This document shows, piece after piece, positions 52,947 to 63,159 of a stretch of 64,000 nt of DNA. Location of the stretch: positions 2,720,001 to 2,784,000 of the forward strand of contig CAVUDP010000002.1 of the NCBI GenBank assembly GCA_963740315.1. Direction: 5' to 3'. The DNA is from an uncultured cyanobacterium (lineage in GTDB: Bacteria; Cyanobacteriota; Cyanobacteriia; Cyanobacteriales; Nostocaceae). The notes below the pieces were generated by a model. That model searched no databases, was not told the DNA's origin, and saw only the letters and a program-made list of their open reading frames with translations. Within the stretch, counting starts at the first letter, position 1. Each line of letters begins with the position of its first letter. A program made the position numbers and the translations under genes.

Positions 52947-53364
52947 CTCGCTACCTTTTGTAACTTTATATACAAATTCTAAAAAATATTTTTCCCAATT
53001 GGTGTATCTGAAAATACTTGAATTTCAAAATATAATGAATATGAGGAGTATATAAATCGCTTATTGTTGCCGCGATCGATGAAGTTTTAGTAAAGACTAG
53101 TAGCCATAAAAGCTGTAATGACAACGGTTTCAAGTAATTGTAAAATATAAACTTTCGGTAAATGTATTTCCCACAGGGATTAAATCGTATTAGTAAAATA
53201 AACCATAAATTCAACAGTAGCTACCTTACCGGGTTGATTGCCGTTTAAGAGTCAATTGCAGATATAGTCAAGGGTGACAAAGAATCGCATCCGATAATAA
53301 GTGCAAACATCAACAAAAAAAAGACTGATATTTTGCGATCGATAATTAATATAATGCAGTTATT

Positions 53365-55251
53365 ATGAGCATCTCCAAACCTGTAAAAAAATCTTATCAG
53401 CAAAACCGTCTGCCTAAAAACGATTGGCGGTTATTTTTGCGTTTAGTTCCCTATGCCCGTCGTTATAAAAAAGTTTTGGGAATTTCAATGTTACTGCTGG
53501 TACCCGTAGCAGTAGCAAATGCCATACAGCCGTTAATAATCGGACAAGTTATTTCTTTAATTCGTAGAGAAGACAGTACCTACGGGTTTCTACTAAATAA
53601 TCCGGTACAAGGATTATATACTCTGCAAGCGGTTTTATTGATCGCGGTATTGATTCGCCTCTTGCTTAACGGTTATCAAGGATTTTTAGTCCAAAAAGTA
53701 GGGCAACAAATTACTGCCGATATTCGTAAAGATTTATTTCATCACGTCACTTCCTTAGCAGTGCGCTTTTTCGATAAAACGCCCGTAGGGAAATTAATTA
53801 CTAGATTGACATCAGACGTAGAAATATTAGGAGACGTATTTTCTACCGGCGCGATCGGTATATTATCGGATATATTTTCCACCCTGGTAATTATCGGCTT
53901 CATGTTTTACACTCAGTGGCAACTAGCTTTGTTGCTGGTGCTAATGCTTTTCCCCGTATCGGCATTAATTACCTACTTCCAGCACCAGTTTCGTAAAGCA
54001 AATTATAAAGCAAGAGAAGAACTTTCTATACTTAATTCCCAATTACAGGAAAATATTACAGGTATTAATGTAGTACAGTTATTTCGCCGCGAAAAATTTA
54101 ACGCTCAATTATTTGAGAAAACCAACAAACGTTACGTTAAACAAGTTGATATAACCATCTTTCACGACTCCGCAGTTTCAGCAACCCTAGAATGGATTGC
54201 TTTAGTCGCGATCGCCGCTGTATTGTGGATTGGTGGCTGGTTAATTTTGCGAGAACAATTAACAGTAGGGTTGTTAACAAGTTTTGTACTGTACGCTCAA
54301 CGATTATTCGATCCCTTACGGCAATTTGCAGAAAAATTTACGATCATTCAAGCAGGTTTTACCGCGATCGAAAGAGTTAACGATATTTTAGATGAACCCA
54401 TAGAAATACGCGATAAAGTTAATCCTAGATACTCGCTCTCGAATAGCTTTGAATTTGGATATATCGACAAAATTGTAGAAGACTTAGAAACCGTTGACGA
54501 TCGCCAAATCGATCGATCCAAACTAGGAGAAATCCGTTTTGAGCAAGTTTGGTTTGCTTATAAAGATGATGATTACGTCATCAAGAATTTGGATTTTACC
54601 ATCAATCCCGGAGAAAAAATCGCTTTAGTTGGTCCCACTGGTGCGGGAAAAAGTACTATTATTCGTTTATTATGCCGTCTTTACGAACCCAGCAAAGGAC
54701 GTATATTAGTAGATGGTATCGACATTCGAGAAATACCCCAAGCCGAATTAAGGCGATATATGGCGGTAATTTTACAAGAAGGATTTGTATTTGCTGGTGA
54801 TGTCAAAAGCAACATCTCATTAGGCGATAACTACACCTTTGAAGAAATCCAACAAGCAGCGCGATCGACAAATGTTGAAGATTTTATCGAAAAATTACCC
54901 CAAGGTTATAATAGCCAACTTAGAGAAAGAGGAACAAATATATCTAGCGGTGAAAAACAACTTTTAGCCTTTGCACGCGCTGCTATACGTAACCCTCAAA
55001 TTTTAGTATTAGACGAAGCAACCGCCAGCTTAGATGTTTCCACAGAAGCTTTAATTCAACAAGCTTTAAATCAGCTTTTAGCTCAACGTACAGCAATTAT
55101 TATCGCCCACCGTTTATCAACCATTCGCAACGTCAATCGGATTTTCGTACTCAAACGCGGCGAATTAATCGAACAAGGTAGTCATGAAGAATTATTACAG
55201 CAAGGTGGATTATACGCTACACTACACAATTTACAAATGTTGAATCAATAA
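53365..55251 (+). CDS. ABC transporter, fused permease/ATP-binding (MdlB-like exporter)
   Basis: TM domain, GPTGAGKST, ISSGEKQ, LDEATA, IAHRLST. Confidence 0.92.
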   Translation: MSISKPVKKSYQQNRLPKNDWRLFLRLVPYARRYKKVLGISMLLLVPVAVANAIQPLIIGQVISLIRREDSTYGFLLNNPVQGLYTLQAVLLIAVLIRLLLNGYQGFLVQKVGQQITADIRKDLFHHVTSLAVRFFDKTPVGKLITRLTSDVEILGDVFSTGAIGILSDIFSTLVIIGFMFYTQWQLALLLVLMLFPVSALITYFQHQFRKANYKAREELSILNSQLQENITGINVVQLFRREKFNAQLFEKTNKRYVKQVDITIFHDSAVSATLEWIALVAIAAVLWIGGWLILREQLTVGLLTSFVLYAQRLFDPLRQFAEKFTIIQAGFTAIERVNDILDEPIEIRDKVNPRYSLSNSFEFGYIDKIVEDLETVDDRQIDRSKLGEIRFEQVWFAYKDDDYVIKNLDFTINPGEKIALVGPTGAGKSTIIRLLCRLYEPSKGRILVDGIDIREIPQAELRRYMAVILQEGFVFAGDVKSNISLGDNYTFEEIQQAARSTNVEDFIEKLPQGYNSQLRERGTNISSGEKQLLAFARAAIRNPQILVLDEATASLDVSTEALIQQALNQLLAQRTAIIIAHRLSTIRNVNRIFVLKRGELIEQGSHEELLQQGGLYATLHNLQMLNQ

Positions 55252-55276
55252 TCAATTATCAATTATCAATTATCAA

Positions 55277-55314
55277 TAAACGCAAAAAACCCGACTTCTT
55301 CAAGAAGCCGGATT
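55277..55314. terminator. Hairpin between convergent genes (terminator or REP-like)
   Basis: AAACCCGACTTCTT-C-AAGAAGCCGGATTT, preceded by (TCAATTA)n. Confidence 0.5.
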
Positions 55315-55368
55315 TAATTAAAAGCTTTACCGCAGCGTACAAGCTATTTTAAGCAAATTGCGGATGCA

Positions 55369-55893
55369 CTATTTACTGGAATTATTTCCGGTAGGAGGCT
55401 TAACTTGACGCGCCATATCTAAAAATGAATTCATATTAGCACCAGGACGACGGCGCATATTATTATTTTTAGGTATCAGATATTTAGGCGCAAAAAGAGT
55501 TTCCTTGTTATCTTCCGATTTATCTGTCGTTACAGCTTTCTTTGCAGCTTTCTCCTGTGCCTTTTTCTTCTCTTTAGGTACAGCGATCGCTTCTACACCT
55601 TTCGCTGTTTGTACCATCTCTACATCAACTTCTTTGACTTTATCGGATGCAACTTCTTTGACTTGATTGCCTTCATCCTTTACCTTAACTGTATTTTCTG
55701 ACTTAGCCTTAGTATCTTCTTTAGCTTTTACTGCTGTTTTTGCTTTATTCTCTGCTGGTTTTTTACCATTATTTGAAGCTTCAACTGGCTTAGAATCAGC
55801 CTTTGGCATTGGCTCATCAGGCTCTTCTTTTAATTGCAAAAAGAAGCCACCGTCTTTTTTCTTTCCACCAAGAAGTCCAGAAATAAATTTCAT
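55369..55893 (-). CDS. Lys/Glu-rich hypothetical protein with a conserved-looking C-terminal motif
   Basis: Low-complexity middle; FAPKYL...RRRPGANMNSFLDMARQVK. Confidence 0.7.
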   Translation of the reverse strand: MKFISGLLGGKKKDGGFFLQLKEEPDEPMPKADSKPVEASNNGKKPAENKAKTAVKAKEDTKAKSENTVKVKDEGNQVKEVASDKVKEVDVEMVQTAKGVEAIAVPKEKKKAQEKAAKKAVTTDKSEDNKETLFAPKYLIPKNNNMRRRPGANMNSFLDMARQVKPPTGNNSSK

Positions 55894-56213
55894 AATTGCC
55901 TCAGATTAATTATTTGATAAAACTAAACGCGCTTATTTCTTTTGTCTTTTATACCCGAATTTTGACCCAATTAATTAATAAATACGTATTTTTGTAAAGA
56001 TTTGTCAAAAATACTTGCTTATCTTATTCCATCTACTTTCTCAAAATTTTAGAAAAGACAATTGTCGAAGTATCAATTAAATTTAACTTTACTAACTACA
56101 AGCGCTCTATGACTTATATTCCAAGCGATCGCAGCATTAAAATACTTCATCTCAATTATTAGATTTTCTTGTAACCTAGAGCAAGATTGTCAAAGATGAT
56201 TTAACAAAAGTTT

Positions 56214-56523
56214 ACAGTGAACAGTGAACAGTGAACAGTGAGCAGTGAACAGTGAACAGTGAACAATTATTTTGATGCGTCCCCTAACTTCTTAATTACT
56301 GCTTCTATTCCGGTGAAAGATTACCTATTGCGTAGGGTTGGGTTGTACCTTCAGCATACCTAGCGTTGTTCACGCAGTATAACAAAGCGCTACGTTCTTC
56401 AAACTAGGCTACATTTCGGTAATTTTAGAATGGCAAGGAGTAACTGTCCACTGCTCACTGCTCACTGTTCACTGTTCACTGTTCACTGCTCACTGCTCAC
56501 TGGTAACTGGTAACTGCTCACTG
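56214..56523. repeat. Inverted pair of STRR arrays, (ACAGTGA)n and (TCACTGT/C)n, enclosing ~180 bp
   Basis: 56214-56264 and ~56447-56523 are reverse complements of each other. Confidence 0.8.
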
Positions 56524-56563
56524 ATTTCGTTACATTTTATAAATTAAAGTAAATATGTGTTAA

Positions 56564-57187
56564 ATGAATCAGGTAAATCAGCAGCGCAATCCCGTATTGT
56601 TGGTACATGGGATTTGGGATACGGGTAAAGTATTTCGGAGAATGATTCCTTACCTTAACGAAGGTGGTTGGAAGGTTTACGATTTGGATTTGGTTCCCAA
56701 TCATGGTGTCAAGGGTTTAGATGATTTAGCGCAACAGGTAGCGAATAAAGTTGAAGCTACCTTTGGATTGGAACAACCTTTTGATTTGCTTGGTTTTAGT
56801 ATGGGGGGAATTGTGAGTCGTTATTACGTGCAGCGATTGGGTGGAATCAAGCGCGTGAAGAGATTTATTACCCTTAGCGCACCAAATCACGGTACTACGA
56901 TCGCTTACTTTAATCAAGGGTTGGGTTGCGTGCAAATGCGTCCTTCGAGTGGTTTGCTCAAAGATTTAAATAGCGATGTAGCAATGTTGTCGCAAATCAA
57001 TTTTACCTCGATTTGGACACCTTTTGACGCGATGATTGTCCCCGCAGATAGTTCTAAAATGCCGGTAGGAGAAAACGTTGTGGTACCAGTTTTAACTCAT
57101 GCTTGGATGCTAACCGATAGCAAAAGTTTGAATGCGATCGCCACTGCATTGTCAGCACCAATTAAGTGCGATCGCCAACCTGTGTAA
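56564..57187 (+). CDS. Alpha/beta hydrolase, lipase class 2-like
   Basis: VLLVHG, GFSMGG nucleophile elbow, D.MIVP, THAWM. Confidence 0.88.
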   Translation: MNQVNQQRNPVLLVHGIWDTGKVFRRMIPYLNEGGWKVYDLDLVPNHGVKGLDDLAQQVANKVEATFGLEQPFDLLGFSMGGIVSRYYVQRLGGIKRVKRFITLSAPNHGTTIAYFNQGLGCVQMRPSSGLLKDLNSDVAMLSQINFTSIWTPFDAMIVPADSSKMPVGENVVVPVLTHAWMLTDSKSLNAIATALSAPIKCDRQPV

Positions 57188-57593
57188 ATTCAGCATTACC
57201 AAAAATTGCTTCTGAATAACGGTAATATTTATATTCCATCAAGTTGTAAAATGGGTCTTCTAGAAAAAAAGTGCGATGTTCTAAGGGGGAATCTACAAAG
57301 CGGTTTTTGGCTGATTCCCTAAACGGTAAATTCCGTTGTTGCGCTCTTGAGAGTAAATCTTCCCAATCAGCTTCTTGAGTAAAAACCAATCCGAAATGTC
57401 TGGGATAAATACCTCGTTGGGGTGTCAGCAATTCCTTGGTAACGTGGGCTACTAATTGATGTCCGTAAAGATTGAGAATCAAAGCATTACGATTTTCTCT
57501 ACCGGGGGTGCATCCCAAACCATCAACGTAATACGCTTTTGTTTGAGCAATATCAATTACCGGGAATGCCATGTGGAAGATGACTTTGGACAT
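57162..57593 (-). CDS. VOC/glyoxalase family protein
   Basis: FHMAFPV, GHQLVAH, PRHFG, FLEDPFYNLMEYK; ATG 57593. Confidence 0.88.
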   Translation of the reverse strand: MSKVIFHMAFPVIDIAQTKAYYVDGLGCTPGRENRNALILNLYGHQLVAHVTKELLTPQRGIYPRHFGLVFTQEADWEDLLSRAQQRNLPFRESAKNRFVDSPLEHRTFFLEDPFYNLMEYKYYRYSEAIFGNAEFTQVGDRT

Positions 57594-57594
57594 T

Positions 57595-57645
57595 GGGAAG
57601 GGGACAAGGAGACAAGGAGACAAGGAGACAAGGGGACAAGGAGAA
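57595..57645. repeat. STRR (GGAGACAA)n
   Basis: Octamer tandem visible. Confidence 0.85.
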
Positions 57646-57758
57646 GAAAATTAATCACTTCTAACCTTTAACCTTTAAGAAATATATACCTCTATTATAT
57701 AAAAATGGTATAACAACCACTTACTAACTGCTCATTAATAACCGTATTATTTTGATGT

Positions 57759-57847
57759 GGACTTACGCAAAGCCCCCCTTAAAAAGGGGGGTTGGGGGGA
57801 TCTCAGTGACTAGAATGATTATTTTCTCGTTGCGGTTGCGTAAGCCC
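57759..57847. mobile_element. Small MITE-like element with an internal CCCCCCTT-AAA-AAGGGGGG hairpin
   Basis: Terminal inverted repeats GGACTTACGCA / TGCGTAAGCCC (1 mismatch). Confidence 0.55.
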
Positions 57848-57876
57848 TATTGATAATTGATAATTGATAATTGATT

Positions 57877-58941
57877 ATGTTTGGAAACCATTTAATTGTC
57901 GGTGTTTCTGGTACTGCGTTAACTGATGAAGATAAAAGAATACTTAGTAAATTAAAACCCGTGGGGGTTTGTTTTTTTGCAAAGAATTTTCATCAAGGCG
58001 AATCTTATGAGGTCTGGTTGCAAAGTTATCGAAAATTAAATCAAGAAATACGAGAATATACCGAACGCGAATCGATGTTTGTCTCCATCGATCATGAAGG
58101 AGGAAGAGTAATTCGTCCACCTTTACCAATTACGCGATTTCCCTATAGTTATATGTGTCGCAAACGATCGCGATCGGTGGCTTCAGCTATGGCAGTAGAA
58201 CTAAAATCCTTGGGTATCAACGTTTCTTGGGCACCTGTCGCGGATATATTTTCTAACCCCAATAATCCGATAATTGGACCCCGCGCTTTCGATACAAACC
58301 CAGATACAGCCGCTGAATATGCTCGTGAATACTTCCTTGGACTCAAAGAATCGGGAATCATCGCTTGTGCTAAACATTTCCCCGGACACGGAGACACAAA
58401 CACCGATTCTCACTTAGCGTTGCCGATACTCGATTTAACTAAAGAAGCAATAGAAAAACGAGAATTGATACCTTTTAAAACATTAATTGCTGAAAAAATA
58501 CCTTTAATTATGACAGCACATATTCTCTTTCCGGAAATTGGAGGAGATATCGCAACTTTTTCTAAAGCAATTTTGAACGGAATACTTAGAAAAGAACTTG
58601 GTTTTGAAGGAGTTGTGGTTTCTGATGATTTAGATATGAAAGCCGTTGCGGATATGTATAGTAAAAGCGGTACGGTAGCACATACATTGAATGCAGGTTG
58701 CGATTTATTTTTAATGTGCGGTAATTTGCCTTCATCATCAACCGAAAGAATTGATTTTATTGCCGAGGATTTTGAGAAGTCGTTGGAAAATGGAAGCCTT
58801 GATGAATCGGTGGTAGAAGCAGCAAATGGAAGAATTGAAAAGCTGTTGAGAGAAACACCGCAATATTCAGTTGAGATGCTGGATAAAAAGATATTATTAC
58901 AGCACGCAGAATTGGCGATCGCTTGTAGTTTTGAAGAGTGA
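57877..58941 (+). CDS. nagZ: Beta-N-acetylhexosaminidase (GH3)
   Basis: DHEGGRV, KHFPGHG...DSH, MTAH, SDDLDM. Confidence 0.88.
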   Translation: MFGNHLIVGVSGTALTDEDKRILSKLKPVGVCFFAKNFHQGESYEVWLQSYRKLNQEIREYTERESMFVSIDHEGGRVIRPPLPITRFPYSYMCRKRSRSVASAMAVELKSLGINVSWAPVADIFSNPNNPIIGPRAFDTNPDTAAEYAREYFLGLKESGIIACAKHFPGHGDTNTDSHLALPILDLTKEAIEKRELIPFKTLIAEKIPLIMTAHILFPEIGGDIATFSKAILNGILRKELGFEGVVVSDDLDMKAVADMYSKSGTVAHTLNAGCDLFLMCGNLPSSSTERIDFIAEDFEKSLENGSLDESVVEAANGRIEKLLRETPQYSVEMLDKKILLQHAELAIACSFEE

Positions 58942-58959
58942 GAAAATATACTTATTTAT

Positions 58960-59305
58960 AGATACCTGGCGGTTGAAACCGCAGCTACACAGGCAAAACC
59001 CACCGTGGCAGGGGTTTAAGAAAAGAGTGATTTTTAAAGTTTGTAGTTGCGCTTCAGCGCTAAATCCGGATTTAATATTAAAGTGCAACTACGAGCCTTT
59101 TTAGGGTGCATCCCAGTTTTTATTTTTTAATAATAGAATAACTGTCATTGCGTTCACGAAGTGTTCCCTCTTAGGGAAGGAGGAACGACGTTAGCGCAGC
59201 GTCTCCCGGAGGGAGATAGCAATCGCAAAATTTCTAAATAAAAACGAGTCCATGCGATTGCTTCGCTCCGCTCGCAATGACGCTCAAAAAAGTAGGATAC
59301 TCCCC
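58960..59305. repeat. Stack of nested palindromic repeats/MITE-like elements
   Basis: GCGGTTGAAACCGC hairpin; REP-like 59037-59098; GTCATTGCG...CGCAATGAC element at 59144-59281 inside GGGTGCATCC.../...GGATACTCCC arms. Confidence 0.7.
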
Positions 59306-59451
59306 CTTTTTATTTAATTTATGAATTGTGTTCTAAACACCTTATTTTAAGTTATTCACAGTTAATAGGGTTGGTGTTTTTTCAATTTTAAGTCAAGGTT
59401 GAAAGTAAAATACTTCAATCTAAAATCCAAAATCTAAAATCCAAAATCGAA

Positions 59452-62400
59452 TCACCTTGTTCTCAACAATTGTACGAAGGTATCGCTAACAGTATGATCT
59501 TTAGTATCGGCTGCATAATTTATCAATTTTTCCCGTAAATCTTTAGCTTCATTCAAACGTAGTAAAGTTGCGAGAAGAAAATAAACTCCGCGAAAACGCG
59601 GGTCGCCAATGTTATCAATTAATCTCGATTCTGCATCGTTACTATCGCCGAGGAATGTTTGCACGATAAAGTAATCCATAATTTTATCGTGACGAAAATA
59701 CCATTCCTTACAGCCTTCATCGTCGCAATCTTCCCACTGACGGCTAACAACCATTTTGTATTTCTCGTCTTCCATACAGAGTAATTCGTTGTAAAAATCA
59801 TCATCTGGTAACGCGCTTTCATCGTTAAGGCGCATTTGATAAACGGCTTCGGAAAACTGTTTGAGGGGAAAATCCTGTTGCCAAAATCGCTGGTATTCTT
59901 CCGCCATCAAGTTGTATTGCTGTTGTTGTAAGTGAAATACATTGGGATGTTCCCCTTGGGAAAGCATGAGAGCAACTAGCGTCAAATCCATCGGGTTGGA
60001 AAGTATTCGTTTGACTGCGGTTAATTCTTCTGGTGTTTGTGGAGTATTCAAGCTTTCATCAAGATAGCGATCGCAATTTTTTTGGTAATCGCTACCTTTG
60101 ATTTTGGCATCATGGGGAAGATGTGGTTCGCGAGAATATAGAAACTGTTGGATTTGCGATTTTTCTAAAGGTTGTAAATAATAAGTTTTAGCAGTAGAAG
60201 GTGGTTCCCATTCCAAGGGTTGGGTAGTCATGATGATATTACCCCGGAAATAACTTTCCACAAATTGTCTAATTTGAGCGCGAGTATCGGCTGTAACTTC
60301 GTTTAATCCATCAATACAAATATCTATAGCGCCACTGTAGATAAGATTTTTGAGAAATTGAGCGTCTTGAGCTTGTCCGTGAAGTTTGATTTGGATGGCT
60401 TCAATTACACCTTTTTCGCATTTACGAGCGGGTAAATATACGATAATTCGTTTTGAAGTTTTTACCAGGTAGCGGAGAAACATCGATTTACCCAAACCGG
60501 AATCTCCTTCTAATACTATTTGCCCTTGGATATTAGGAATTACTTGGGAAATTGCGGTAATTTTTGATGGAGATGGAGACGCGATGTTTTGCGTTTGTGT
60601 AATACCAGATTCGGGAAAATATATTCTTTCGTCAAAGTTGTTTAAACCAGCATCAGCGAGTAAAGAAGGTTGGAAAGGTTGAAATAGTTTGTGGCGGAGG
60701 AAAGGAATCCAAGCAAGGAGAAAGCCAACATAACCCATACCGAAAATACGTCTTACCCAAGGATTCCAGAAAAAGATGGCTTGGATTTGGGGGGATTTGG
60801 GATAAGCGAAGATGAGTATTAGCCAGAAAGCAGCGTGGATTAAGATGATATTTCTGAAAGTGAAAAACCATTGCCAACCTTTGAGGTTAGTGATTACTGA
60901 TTTTATTTTCTCAGCACGGGTAGATTTGATTGCATTAAGGTTATTGTAGTGTTTTTGTAGCAGCTTAATATCTGAAGCTTGCCAAGAAACTTCTTTGTTA
61001 GCTATAACTTCTGTAATTTGTCTTGCTAAATCTGTTTGTAATTCGGTTAAATTTTCATTTTGAGTTGCTTTCCAAGCTTTGAGAAATAAATTTAGTGTAT
61101 TTACCCCTTGTGAATGTGTAAGCTTTTGTGGAGTTGTTTGGGGTTTACCAATCCATTTGAGTAGGGTTTTTACATCTTCGGTTCCACCACTGAGGAAATA
61201 GGTTAAGAAACGCCAATTTTTAAATTCTGATTGACCTGCATAATAAAGGTTATCAAGAACAATAACAACTTCTTCTAAGTTTAGTTGTTGTAGATTTATC
61301 AAAGCTCTTGCTGCACTATTACGAAGATGTAAATCGGCTGATTTATCTTTGATGATATTGAGGATATCCTGAAAATAGGGTTTGACTACATCACCCATAT
61401 CCCCCAAAGCTTCTGCTGTATTAGAACGAATCCATGATTCAACAGATTTATCTTTAAGAATATCAGTGATATCTTTAAGGTAGGGTTTGGCTGCACTTCC
61501 CATATTTCCTAAAGTTCCTGCTAAACCAGCACGAACCCCTGAATCAAAGGATTCATCTTTTATTAAGTCGAATATTTCTTTGAGGTAGGGTTTAGCAGCA
61601 TCCCCCATATTAGTCAAACTTTGTGCAGCACCAAAACGAACATGCGAGTCAACTGATTCATCTTTGATTAAGTCCAATATTTCGTCGGATATTTCTTTGA
61701 GGTAGGGTTTACCTGCATCTCCCATACTACCCAAACCTTGTGCTGCCATATAACGAACATTTGAGTTAACTGATTTATCTTTGATAAAGTTAGCAATATC
61801 TTTGATATAAGGTTTAGCAGCATCTCCCATATTACTCAATGTAAATGCAGCAGCACTACGAGTATCTGAATTGACAGATTCATCTTTGAGAATATCGACT
61901 ATATCTTTAACGTAGGGTTTAGCAATATCACCCATATTCCTCAAAGTTAATACTGCGGACATACGAATTTTTAAGTCAACCGATTTATCTTCAATTAAGT
62001 CGAGGATGCCTTGAAGATAGGATTTATTAGCATCCCCCATATTATTTCTTAAAGCATATAAAAATAATAAGTTGCTACGAATATTTGCTTCAACAGATTT
62101 ATCTTTGACAAAATCGAGTATGTCTTTTATGTAGGGTTTAGCTATATCCCCCATATTTCCCAAAGCGAATGCTGCACTACCACGAACTTCTGAGTCAAGG
62201 GATTTATCTTTGAGAATATCGACGATTTCTTCAACGTAAGGTTTAGCAGCATCTCCCAAATTTCCTAAAGCTCTTGCTGCACTATTACGAACTTGTAAGT
62301 CAACGGATTGATTTTTAAAAAGTTTAGCAACCTTTTCAGCGACATCATCTGGTTTCTTAAGCAAGGGCTTCAAATCTTTAGCTTCATATTCAGCTAATTG

Positions 62401-62595
62401 ACTCAAAGCATTTTCCTTCACTTTGTCATAATCATCATCCAAAGCAGCCAAAATTCCATTAATCTGCCACTGTTGCGGCTTCGGTTTAGTTACGTTTTGA
62501 GCATTTACCCCAGGAAACGAGAGAAAAAATACAAGTAGAAACGTAATAGGAAAAAGTATAAAAGGTTGTTTAAAGAAGCCCTGATATTTAACCAT
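59452..62595 (-). CDS. Signal peptide + HEAT (PBS-lyase-like) repeats + TM + NACHT-like P-loop NTPase
   Basis: About 11 ~31-aa repeats VR..AA.ALGNMGDAAKPY; TM ILIHAAFWLILIFAYP; Walker A GDSGLGKS; Walker B ICIDGLNE; WYFRHDKIMDYF. Confidence 0.8.
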   Translation of the reverse strand: MVKYQGFFKQPFILFPITFLLVFFLSFPGVNAQNVTKPKPQQWQINGILAALDDDYDKVKENALSQLAEYEAKDLKPLLKKPDDVAEKVAKLFKNQSVDLQVRNSAARALGNLGDAAKPYVEEIVDILKDKSLDSEVRGSAAFALGNMGDIAKPYIKDILDFVKDKSVEANIRSNLLFLYALRNNMGDANKSYLQGILDLIEDKSVDLKIRMSAVLTLRNMGDIAKPYVKDIVDILKDESVNSDTRSAAAFTLSNMGDAAKPYIKDIANFIKDKSVNSNVRYMAAQGLGSMGDAGKPYLKEISDEILDLIKDESVDSHVRFGAAQSLTNMGDAAKPYLKEIFDLIKDESFDSGVRAGLAGTLGNMGSAAKPYLKDITDILKDKSVESWIRSNTAEALGDMGDVVKPYFQDILNIIKDKSADLHLRNSAARALINLQQLNLEEVVIVLDNLYYAGQSEFKNWRFLTYFLSGGTEDVKTLLKWIGKPQTTPQKLTHSQGVNTLNLFLKAWKATQNENLTELQTDLARQITEVIANKEVSWQASDIKLLQKHYNNLNAIKSTRAEKIKSVITNLKGWQWFFTFRNIILIHAAFWLILIFAYPKSPQIQAIFFWNPWVRRIFGMGYVGFLLAWIPFLRHKLFQPFQPSLLADAGLNNFDERIYFPESGITQTQNIASPSPSKITAISQVIPNIQGQIVLEGDSGLGKSMFLRYLVKTSKRIIVYLPARKCEKGVIEAIQIKLHGQAQDAQFLKNLIYSGAIDICIDGLNEVTADTRAQIRQFVESYFRGNIIMTTQPLEWEPPSTAKTYYLQPLEKSQIQQFLYSREPHLPHDAKIKGSDYQKNCDRYLDESLNTPQTPEELTAVKRILSNPMDLTLVALMLSQGEHPNVFHLQQQQYNLMAEEYQRFWQQDFPLKQFSEAVYQMRLNDESALPDDDFYNELLCMEDEKYKMVVSRQWEDCDDEGCKEWYFRHDKIMDYFIVQTFLGDSNDAESRLIDNIGDPRFRGVYFLLATLLRLNEAKDLREKLINYAADTKDHTVSDTFVQLLRTR

Positions 62596-62899
62596 AACTG
62601 CGAAATAATACAAAATAATTGGATTATCTGAGGTGTAGTTTTTTATTGCAATACAACAGTAAATTTAACTACAACGTTAGATGGATACAATTACTTAGGT
62701 ATTATTCCGGATGGTTTAAATATTTTGTTTAGGAAGAATATCTCTCTCTATTTCTTCCTCTGCGTACTCCGCGCTCTAGAAGGGTTTTTTATCGATAATT
62801 TTCTCTAATAAACGAATTATTTAGCTTCTTTCGTGTAGAAACAGCCAAGGAGTAATTTAAAATAAAATAGTTATAAAATATGAATTTCAGGTGATATGA

Positions 62900-63025
62900 A
62901 TGCTCCCTGCGGATATAGCAGTATACGGAAAAGATAAAAATTTACAACTTTTAGTTGAAGTCAAAAGTAGACTTAATTTTATAAACTTTGAATTCATATT
63001 CAGACTAATAAAAAAATATTATTAG
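62900..63025 (+). pseudogene. Truncated remnant of a PD-(D/E)XK-type nuclease-like gene
   Basis: MLPADIAVYGKDKNLQLLVEVKSR... carries a D-X(n)-EVK motif, then degenerates and stops after 41 aa next to palindromic repeats. Confidence 0.4.
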
Positions 63026-63159
63026 TCCTATTTATAGGACTTTTGCTATTAGACTGGGACTTGCAGTCCCAGGCGGTTCAAAACGAGAACAGATAACTAT
63101 TAATCATTGTGACGAGAATCAGATGGTGCAAGATATGAAAAGGAAAGAAGTAATTATAA

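Noticed and set aside
57162..57187. 26-bp convergent overlap of the lipase and VOC genes
   Set aside because: Short 3' overlaps are common; nothing suggests a special function
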